A stretch of DNA of 64,000 nucleotides, taken from the NCBI GenBank assembly GCA_009103225.1, contig RHPI01001819.1, positions 170,013 to 234,012 on the forward strand, written 5' to 3'. The stretch's first letter is position 1. The number at the start of each line of letters is the position of its first letter. The notes below the pieces were generated by a model, which ran no database searches, had not been told where the DNA came from, and was given only the letters and a program-made list of their open reading frames with translations. Positions 55,061-64,000 of the stretch are shown piece by piece. The translations under genes and the position numbers were made by a program. This DNA is from Chlorokybus atmophyticus (lineage: Eukaryota; Plantae; Mesostigma and Chlorokybus algae).

Positions 55061-57008
55061 CTGATGCACGCTCAGCTCCTTGACAGTCGCACCATGCATG
55101 ATGCGACTGTCAAGGGTAAGTCTTCATGGCAGCCTCCAATAACCGTCGATCCAAGCTTATCGAACGGTGTGCAGTTACTCCATAGAGTCAAGCACCTTGC
55201 ATGGTGCGACTGTCAACTCACGTGCATGGGCTCAGGGTACCGTGGTCTGTGCAGTAGGGTTTTACCGCTCAGTGAGGTGGCGCCGGCGGAGGGAGCAGGC
55301 GGCGGCGCTCTTGTTGGTGGCGGCGGCGGCGGCCTCTTGGCGGTGTACTTGGTGGCGGAATGCTGGCGCAATATCAATGGCAAGCAAAAAAGCTGTCAAG
55401 TTTGCCAGGGACATTAATACCAAGCTGGGAATCAACTTGCTACCAGCCGATAAGAGGAACACCAGTCGTAGGCATCGCCGTCGCAGCCAACAGAGTTTCA
55501 TACCCATGCCGGAGCAGGCGGCTGATGTGCAGCACGTTGTTGACAACCCACAGCCTGCGCATGAAGTTGAGGCCACGCACGACCAGCTGGATGGCGAGAT
55601 CAGCCAACAGCATGAGCAGTAAATTAACTTGCTGACCTTACTTGCTTCTCTGCAATGGTCACGCGGTCTTCTGTGCATGCCACCTGCTATCGTTGCTGTG
55701 ACAGCCTTCACCAGTAATATGTCCTTCACATGCTAGGAGACTGTCAACGAACTGCACGTGCACTAGCTGCCTTGCTGTGTATTGCTGTTAGTTGATGGTG
55801 CCAGCACATATGGTCTAACTGCTAAATTTCTGTAGGCCTCCCGCAAATCAACATCCGACTTTCCATGTGGCCAGCATCACTATTAGTGGAGTGGCAGCCA
55901 CACTTCACCCAAGGCAACAGCCGATTGTCGATGTTGCCAGCACCAGCAGTGCCGCAACAGCTCCATTGCAATTCAATCGACAGTGTGATCCACAGCCGAC
56001 TGTCAACATGGCTGGCACCAGCAGTGCTGCCCCCTCTCAGCAACCATGGCAACAATCAGACCTGCAAGAGACTGTTGACATACCAACTAACAACGTGCAT
56101 GCGCTGACTAGTGACGAAGAGGCTGTTGAAGAACCCGAGCAGCAAGAAGTCTCCCAGAGGATTTGCTCTTGCTTGAGGTGCCATGGCAAGGTGAGCACTA
56201 ATCATGTTGCTCATGCTCCCTCATAGCGCGCACGGTTGTTGGACATGCACTGAGGCTGTCCATGCGACTGTCAGGTTCGCCCACTGCTATGCACGCAACG
56301 TTGTGAACCATACTTCAGTTGTTGACTGCCCATTTCTTTTGGCAGTTGATTGACTTGGAGACTGCCATGGCCCACATGCGACTGGACACGGCGGCGCAAG
56401 AAAGTATGCACCCACCGCCCATGCCTTCAGCACAATGCGATACCCCTCAACCGGGCATTTCTTGCCAACAACAAACCTCAGAGACACCTACGCAAAAGAT
56501 GCTGGATAAGTTCATGTCACTGCTGACAGACTTGGAGGACTCTCATGCCCAGCAATCACTGATCAATAAGGTGCTGAAGATTGTTTTCGGCGCTGAGGAT
56601 TCAATCGTTTAGCTTGTCAAGGATCCTACTTATGACCACAGTCAGCTGCGAAATGACCTCCACGCCTTGCTTGGCCAGCGCAACCCCTCCCAGCCGGCTG
56701 ACATCACGGCTGTCAATGCATTGCTGACTTCCATCGGAATGCCAGAGTCGCAGATATACAGCATGCACGAGATGCAGTTATCTCTTTCCAGATGCTTACC
56801 CATCCGGGTTCGATAACAGCGAGGACAGCTACGAGGCAGATGACAGTCGCCACAAGCTTGTGAAGCGCTTGTGGAAACAGCCGTGCGGAGGCCAATGCGG
56901 GCGCACGAGCAAGGAGTGCATTCACTTCTGTACACACCCATTGGTCCAAAGCTCGATCCGTGGCTGCAAGTACCTTCTATTGCATATAACAACCTTGCTG
57001 CTTGGCGA

Positions 57009-60000
57009 TGTTGAGAGTCATTCCTACATACGATCAGCATCGACCCTCCACACAGGAGTAGAAGGTCGTAAGGACGAGCACTAGGTCCGGACTTAGCAAG
57101 ATGGCGTCGTCGGACCAGACTCCGGACTCCAGACAGGAGCCTTACTAACTGCTTCGTATCTCCGCGTATACTTACTCATATTAGACGTGTGAGAGCTTGT
57201 TGGAAAGCTCTGGTTGTAAGAAAGACAACACAGCTTAGAGCGCGTAAAAAGGCTGAGTATAGCTCACGCAGCGCTTGCAAACGTAGACGTGTGTGTAACT
57301 GGCTGGTATAAGAACCAGCGGACAACTTGTAATAGATGAATGTGATGTGACTTGTGTATGCTCTGGTGGCGGTAGCTCTGTCTCGGTGTGTCTATGCTTG
57401 CCTCAGCTACATGTGCATGCTAGCCCTTCAACAGGTTATGGGCCCACACTACGCTTGAGAAGTGTGAGACGAGCTTGTGTGCATAGGGTTGGTTCTACAC
57501 TACGGTAGCTTGTTGGTAGCACAGCCTCGGGTGTCAACTGCAAGAAAGGCAGGCTCGACAGAAATGGAGGCGACCTACGACAAGGGGCAGATTGCAAAGC
57601 TGAACATCGACAACTACAACACATGGTGCGTGGAGATGAAGGCCTTGCTCATCCACAAGAAGGTGTGGAAGTACGTTGATCCGAAGGCACCACCACCAAC
57701 ACCAGGAGCGAACACTGTGTGGTCAGAGCATTCAGCAGAAGCACACTCTTTGCTTGTGTTGAACTGCAAACCGCATCACTTTCCCATGCTCACTGCATGT
57801 GAAGATGGTAGACAAGCTTGGGAAAAGCTATCAGCCGTTTTCAGAGCCAAGAACAATGCCAGAAAGTTGCATCTACGCAAGCAGCTCAGCGCACTCAGGA
57901 AGGAGGCAGCAGAACCCATCACAAAGTATGTTGCGCGCGCGAGAGAGCTGTGGGCGGACCTCATCAACGTCGGCCACAACATGGGGGAGACGGAGGTAGT
58001 GCTGGCCATTGTTGCAGGGCTACCAGCAGAGTACGAGGTCGTCGCAACCCTGCTGGAGACGTCATCATCGGAGTTGACGTTGGACGATGTGCTACCGAAG
58101 CTGCTCACCGTGGAGCAGAGGGTTGTGAAGAAGGACGAGCAAGCGGATGCCGTCGCCTTCTACACCGGCAAGCACGCAAAGAAGAGCAACCATGAAGAGA
58201 AGTACAAGGGCAACAAGCCAGGCAATCCTCGTCACAAAGACCTCACATGCCACTGGTGTGGTTGGAAGGGGCACATTGTGAAGGACTGTAGGAAGAAACA
58301 ACAGGGGCAACCTAGAGCAAGCACCAGCAACAGCGGCAACGAGCACCAACACAAGGAGAAACATGTCGCCTTCACTGCATCCAGTTCGAGGGCGGGCACA
58401 GCTTTCTGGGTGGTGGACTCTGGCTGCGATCGTCATCTCACACCAAACAAGGAGGTGATGGAGGGCTACAGGAAGCTGACGTCCACAATCAAGGTGGCGG
58501 GCTTCGGTGGCGAAGTACTGGTGGCTGAGGGAGTTGGCAACGTACGACTCCAGTGCAAGGTTGGTAACACACTACGCGAGGTGTTGTTACGCAACGTCCT
58601 GCATGTTCCTAAGGCTATTGCGAGTCTATTCTCTGTGAGGGTTGCGGAGCGCTTAGGCGCGGAGATCCTATTTCGGAAGGGTGGCTGCTCAGTCATCCTT
58701 GATGGGGTCGTGCACATGGTTGGAATCGCTGATCCGGGAGGGCTCTACCACGTGGAGCAGCCTCAAGACAGAGACATTCAAGCCATGGTGGTGAAGGACA
58801 AGGAGTCGCCAACATTGTGGCATCGAAGGTTCGGGCATCTCAGCTACGTCAACCTCACTCGCCTTGTCGCTGAGAAGATGGTCAAGGGCATCCATCTCAG
58901 CACAGAAGAACTCAAGAATGCATCAGGTGCACTTTGTGAACCATGCCTGGTTGCAAAGCAGCATGCTATGCCATTCCCATCATCCTCTTCTAGCAGTCAG
59001 CATCCTTGCGAGCTTGTGCACATGGATGTCTGTGGCCCTATGCGCATTGTGGCGAAGGGAGGGGCCAGGTACTTTGCTACATTCCTCGACGACTACAGCA
59101 AGCTGTCCATCATCTTTCCGTTGACACTGAAGTCAGAAGTTGCTGGAGCTGTGCGCACAGTCGTGGCCTTGTTGGAGACGCAGTCTGGCAACAAGATGAA
59201 GGCAATGAGGAGTGATCGAGGAGGGGAGTACATCAACAAGGAGTTGAAGGAGTTCTTCGCCAGCAAGGGCATACGCCACGAGACAACGGCACCCTACACC
59301 CCGCAGCAGAATGGAGCAGCTGAACGCCTCAACAGGACACTCTTGGAGCGTGTTCGAGCCATGCTCAACGACACAAAGATGGAAGACAGTCTGTGGAAGG
59401 AGGCGGTACTCACTGCCAACTACATCCGCAACAGGTCTCCGGTGAGCTCAGAGCAGAAGACTCCGTGGGAGCACTTCTATGGAGCCACACCAGATGTGAG
59501 TGGTATGCGTGTGTTTGGATGCACGGCATATGCACTAGTGCCTAAACAGCTCAGGCACAAGCTGGAGCCGGTCAGCAAGAAGGGCATCTTCGTTGGCTAT
59601 GAACCGGGTTCCAAGGCTTACAGGATCTTGCTCGAGGACACTCAGAAGATCATTGTGAGCAGAGAGGTGGTTTTCCACGAGGGATTATCACAACCAGAAG
59701 CAGGCTTCTTTCCTGAAGATGAAGCACAGCCGGAGCATCCTGAAACAGTGGAGGCTACAGGCAAGGCCATCATCGACGATAAGGGTGAGCAGGACTCCAC
59801 TGTAGCAGACAAGCAGTCGCACCTGCAGCAGGAGCACGCAGCTCGGAGATACCCAGTGAGGGAGAGAAAGGCACCTGACTTCTTACACAAGGCACACGTC
59901 GCCAGTGTGCACAATGAGGAGCCAAGCACCTACGAGGAGGCATTGTTAGCACCAGATGCGGAGCAATGGCAGCGTGCTATGGACGAGGAGATTGCGTCAC

Positions 60001-61917
60001 TCCATGCCAACAACACTTGGTCACTGGAGCAGTTACCGCAAGGAGTGAAGACCATTCCAGTGAAATGGGTCTTCAAGGTGAAGCGTGATGGTCAGGGCAA
60101 CATTGAGCGCTACAAGGCAAGACTGGTGGCAAAGGGCTTCTTGCAGCAGGAAGGTGTGGACTTCAACGAAGTGTTTGCACCTGCAAGTAAGCATACCACC
60201 TTCCGTGCACTGCTAGCTATGGTTGCTGCTGAAGACCTAGAGCTGCATCACCTGGATGTGAAGACTGCCTTCCTCTACGGAGAGCTGGAGGAGGAGATCT
60301 TCATCGAGCAACCACCTGGATATGAAGAAGGGGAGAGAGGCACAGCGTGCAAGCTGATCAAGGCACTGTACGGGCTGCGACAGGCACCGCGTATGTGGCA
60401 CATCAAGCTCACCAAGGAGCTGGAGGCACTTGGCTTCACCGCATCCTCTGCAGACCCTGGGCTCTTCATCCATGCAGACAACAAGGTCTGGCTGCTCGTG
60501 TATGTTGATGATATCATCATCACCGCCAGGCAGGTGCACCACCTGCAGGAGACGAAACTTGCTCTACAGCAAGCATTCTCAGTTCGTGATCTTGGAGAGG
60601 CCAAGTGGTTCCTTGGCATGGTGATTGAGCGCGACAGGGCGGCTCGCACAATCAAGATCAGTCAGGAGCAGATGGTGAGAAGACTCGTCACCAAGTTTGG
60701 GCTCACTGAAGCGAAGACCAAGACCACACCGTTGGCACTTGGCACTGCCCTCATCAAGGCAAAGGATGAGGAGGTACTCGACAAGGCTCAGTATCCATAT
60801 GGTGAGCTGGTAGGCAGCATGCTCTATCTGGCAGTGTGCACACGTCCCGATGTTGCACATGCTGTGGGAGTACTTGCTCGCTACATGTCTGCACCGAGCA
60901 TGGAGCACTGGAGAGCAGCAAAGGGAGTACTACGCTATGTTGCTGGGAGCGCAACAGTTGGCATCAAGTTTGGGAGCGGGAGCACTGAGTTGGAGGGCTA
61001 CTGCGACTCGGACTTTGCTGGTGACCTCAACAGCAGGAGGTCCACTACAGGCTACGTCTTCAAGCTGAACGGAGGCGTGGTGAGCTGGAACAGCAGGCTG
61101 CAGCCAACAACAGCAGCATCTACATCAGAGGCTGAGTACATGGCAGCGGCAGCAGCAGTGAAGGAGGCACTCTGGCTTCGCAAGCTCATGGCAGACTTGG
61201 AGCACCCCATGGCGTGCATCGTCATCAACTGTGACAACCAAGGAGCCATCAAGTTGTTGAAGCACCCTATCGCCTCGGCAAGGACGAAGCACATTGATGT
61301 CATGCATCACTTTGTGCGTGACAGAGTCACAAGGAAGGAGGTGGAGTTCCAGTACTGCAACACCGAGGGCATGCTGGCGGACTTCATGACAAAGCCATTG
61401 TCACCACTCAAGTTCAAGACTTGTTGTGCAGGACTTGGCATCTGTGTTTGACTACAGGAGCAAGCGTTGGAGGTCAAGCTGCTCGCGTGGCAGTGTTGAG
61501 AGTATTCCTACATACGATCAGCATCGACCCTCCACACAGGAGTAGAAGGTCGTAAGGACGAGCACTAGGTCCGGACTTAGCAAGATGGCATCGTCGGACC
61601 AGACTCCGGACTCCAGACTGGAGCCTTACTAACTGCTTCGTATCTCCGCGTATACTTACTCATATTAGGCGTGTAAGAGCTTGTTGGAAAGCTTTAATTG
61701 TAAGAAAGACAACGCAGCTTAGAGCGCGTAAAAAGGCTAAGTATAGCTTACGCAGTGCTTGCAAACGTAGACGTGTGTGTAACTGGCTGGTATAAGAACC
61801 AGCGGACAACTTGTAATAGATGAATGTGATGTGACTTGTGTATGCTCTGGTGGCGGTAGCTCTGTCTCTGTGTGTCTATGCTTGCCTCAACTACATGTGC
61901 ATGCTAGTCCTTCAACA
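57009..61917 (+). mobile_element. Full-length Ty1/copia LTR retrotransposon
   Basis: LTRs 57009-57433 and 61494-61917 (TG...CA); TSD GGCGA at 57004-57008 and 61918-61922; PBS GGTTATGGGCCC at 57434. Confidence 0.98.
57564..61451 (+). CDS. Copia gag-pol polyprotein, uninterrupted (~1295 aa)
   Basis: CHWCGWKGHIVKDC, VVDSGC, LWHRRFGH, HMDVCGP/RSDRGGEY/GAAER, KARLVAKG, LDVKTAFL, YVDD, YCDSDFAG, KHIDV. Confidence 0.97.
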   Translation: MEATYDKGQIAKLNIDNYNTWCVEMKALLIHKKVWKYVDPKAPPPTPGANTVWSEHSAEAHSLLVLNCKPHHFPMLTACEDGRQAWEKLSAVFRAKNNARKLHLRKQLSALRKEAAEPITKYVARARELWADLINVGHNMGETEVVLAIVAGLPAEYEVVATLLETSSSELTLDDVLPKLLTVEQRVVKKDEQADAVAFYTGKHAKKSNHEEKYKGNKPGNPRHKDLTCHWCGWKGHIVKDCRKKQQGQPRASTSNSGNEHQHKEKHVAFTASSSRAGTAFWVVDSGCDRHLTPNKEVMEGYRKLTSTIKVAGFGGEVLVAEGVGNVRLQCKVGNTLREVLLRNVLHVPKAIASLFSVRVAERLGAEILFRKGGCSVILDGVVHMVGIADPGGLYHVEQPQDRDIQAMVVKDKESPTLWHRRFGHLSYVNLTRLVAEKMVKGIHLSTEELKNASGALCEPCLVAKQHAMPFPSSSSSSQHPCELVHMDVCGPMRIVAKGGARYFATFLDDYSKLSIIFPLTLKSEVAGAVRTVVALLETQSGNKMKAMRSDRGGEYINKELKEFFASKGIRHETTAPYTPQQNGAAERLNRTLLERVRAMLNDTKMEDSLWKEAVLTANYIRNRSPVSSEQKTPWEHFYGATPDVSGMRVFGCTAYALVPKQLRHKLEPVSKKGIFVGYEPGSKAYRILLEDTQKIIVSREVVFHEGLSQPEAGFFPEDEAQPEHPETVEATGKAIIDDKGEQDSTVADKQSHLQQEHAARRYPVRERKAPDFLHKAHVASVHNEEPSTYEEALLAPDAEQWQRAMDEEIASLHANNTWSLEQLPQGVKTIPVKWVFKVKRDGQGNIERYKARLVAKGFLQQEGVDFNEVFAPASKHTTFRALLAMVAAEDLELHHLDVKTAFLYGELEEEIFIEQPPGYEEGERGTACKLIKALYGLRQAPRMWHIKLTKELEALGFTASSADPGLFIHADNKVWLLVYVDDIIITARQVHHLQETKLALQQAFSVRDLGEAKWFLGMVIERDRAARTIKISQEQMVRRLVTKFGLTEAKTKTTPLALGTALIKAKDEEVLDKAQYPYGELVGSMLYLAVCTRPDVAHAVGVLARYMSAPSMEHWRAAKGVLRYVAGSATVGIKFGSGSTELEGYCDSDFAGDLNSRRSTTGYVFKLNGGVVSWNSRLQPTTAASTSEAEYMAAAAAVKEALWLRKLMADLEHPMACIVINCDNQGAIKLLKHPIASARTKHIDVMHHFVRDRVTRKEVEFQYCNTEGMLADFMTKPLSPLKFKTCCAGLGICV

Positions 61918-63462
61918 GGCGAGACAAAGACACCTGGCTCGGCGTGCCAGCTAACCAGCCCCCAGTGCCTCAATGGGAAGATTGGCATGGCAGCAAGTGG
62001 AGAGAGCAGTCTTCTTTTTAGGACTGCACGAAGACCATTCCTCTGCCAAACAAATGCGATTGTGGACGCTACAATGATGACATTGACATGTCCCAGCACA
62101 GGGATGGTTATCAGAAATGGCATTGTGAATGCTCCTATGACAATGAAGAGGCTGCGCAGCAGTGTACTGGAGACCCGCGCAACATTGCGCTCATGCTGCA
62201 CAGTGATGGTTTCAGATGCGCATCAACTACAAAGCGGAGCAGCCTTGTCATCAACGTTGTTGTACTCAACGGAGGCAAGCGCGTCAGCTCACAGGCTTCT
62301 TCCATCATGCCCGTGGTGTTTGTCCCAGTTGACGAGCTACTCGACGCTGACAAGGACTGTCTAAACCCGTTTATGAAGCCCATGCTGGATGAGTTGGAGG
62401 ATTTGTACGCCATGGGCTTCCCTACGCACTACGGTTTGGACTCCAGCCAGGTGGACATCAAGCTCCCTCATCGATCGGCCGGTACGCTTGATACGTCTGT
62501 TTACAAGACCTCGTGCGCAATGCTGTGTCATGAATGTGACTGTCGACATCGCCTGTCAACTTAATACCCATTGTAATGAATCGAGCAGAGTAAGCACAGT
62601 CCATTGAAGGCTGTGCAAAAACGACTGTCACAATTATGCACTTTGTTGGTTGCCACCTTTTATGAGTCCATTGCGCGTTGAGAAGACTGTCACCAGCGAC
62701 TATCTTTGCAGTGCAGCTGTCTAATGTACGGGACAGTCCATGTTGATAGTCGCGGTTGTGTCCTGCGCATAGCTTCACACGCGCTGCCCATAAAGCAATG
62801 CGTCCTGCTGCAACGGGTTTTGCAGGTGAAAAGGTTTTCCTCATAGCCATTGTCATGAACATAGCCGGTGACAATCCCGCTTAAAGTGAGATGGGGCAAT
62901 TCAAGAATGGCGGCTTATGCGGTTGCAGGGGTTGTTGCCTGCTGGCAACTCATATCCGGTATTCGATTGTTACCAAAAAGGTCACTCAAGATCCCAGCAC
63001 TGGCAACGATGTTGTTGAAGAAACTCGGAGCAACAGGTCTGATTTCCACTGCGCTAGCAGCCGCTACCACAGTTGCCATCCATTTGCCAAAAGAACTGCA
63101 GAGGCCACATACCAGCTGTATGATGAAGTTGAAAGCACAAAAGATCCCAATCGCACGAAAGAAAAAGCCAAGAAGTATGGCGTCAACGGGCTGTCGCTTT
63201 TGTAGAGGCTTTGGCGAATGTACAAGTATGACCCATGCTAGGACATGGTCTTTGATACCATGCACACGCTAGCCGAAGGACTGGCCAAGAGCTTGACAGC
63301 CTGCACTCTGATGGATGGTGGCAACGAGCAGGTCAGCAAGGCTGAGATTGACAGTTGGCTAACTGTGATGAGAAACGCATGGGGCAGGGAGTTGAGGCAT
63401 GGTAACCGCTAGCCACATGGCCTCAGCAGTCGCCTTGGATGGTGGAAGGCGCAGGAGCACCA

Positions 63463-64000
63463 GCAAATCAACATCCGACTTTCCATGTGGCCAGCATCAC
63501 TATTAGTGGAGTGGCAGCCACACTTCACCCAAGGCAACAGCCGATTGTCGATGTTGCCAGCACCAGCAGTGCCGCAACAGCTCCATTGCAATTCAATCGA
63601 CAGTGTGATCCACAGCCGACTGTCAACATGGCTGGCACCAGCAGTGCTGCCCCCTCTCAGCAACCATGGCAACAATCAGACCTGCAAGAGACTGTTGACA
63701 TACCAACTAACAACGTGCATGCGCTGACTAGTGACGAAGAGGCTGTTGAAGAACCCGAGCAGCAAGAAGTCTCCCAGAGGATTTGCTCTTGCTTGAGGTG
63801 CCATGGCAAGGTGAGCACTAATCATGTTGCTCATGCTCCCTCATAGCGCGCACGGTTGTTGGACATGCACTGAGGCTGTCCATGCGACTGTCAGGTTCGC
63901 CCACTGTTATGCACGCAACGTTGTGAACCATACTTCAGTTGTTGACTGCCCGTTTCTTTTGGCAGTTGATTGACTTGGAGACTGCCATGGCCCACATGCG
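63463..64000 (+). repeat. Near-identical repeat of 55843-56380 (5' part of the CACTA gene)
   Basis: Offset 7620; two substitutions seen (both transitions). Confidence 0.93.

Larger units (their letters stand above)
55377..63400 (+). mobile_element. CACTA/EnSpm (Transposase_21-type) transposase pseudogene interrupted by copia
   Basis: ICSCLRCHG, ACTRCSYLF...CGGQCG...F.THPL before the insertion. After it: GDPRNIALMLHSDGF, LNPFMKPMLDELEDLY.MG, YGVNGLSLL, VFDTMHTL.EG. Several stops and frameshifts. Confidence 0.9.

Overview
Intron-rich eukaryotic draft-assembly DNA with canonical GT-AG introns, long microsatellites, N gaps and single-N joins. It resembles a green or streptophyte alga, but the species cannot be fixed from sequence alone. 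(1) 1-22.4 kb holds the 3' five exons of a PPR gene and four copies of an 8-exon secreted Cys-rich plus VWD/Root_cap-like gene. These copies form two large head-to-head palindromes separated by a decayed Ty3/gypsy remnant. (2) About 22.7-53 kb is a multi-gene, intron-containing, C>T-decayed block built around a Plavaka-type transposase. It carries a GIY-YIG nuclease, an OTU-protease gene, a Cys-finger/Tudor/phage-type cytosine methyltransferase fusion, an acidic-tail gene and a PIF1 fragment; two of these genes share a 16-bp palindrome upstream. The transposase is split by a ~10 kb Ty3/gypsy element that encodes its own C5 DNA methyltransferase and a PHD finger. (3) 54-64 kb is a CACTA/EnSpm transposase with a GGWCC-rich upstream array, interrupted by a full-length Ty1/copia element with an intact ORF and a 5-bp TSD. 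The best candidate for an undescribed system is the Plavaka-associated chromatin cargo cassette, especially the spliced Tudor plus phage-type methyltransferase gene. All domain calls are by motif recognition and by eye; no database search was run.
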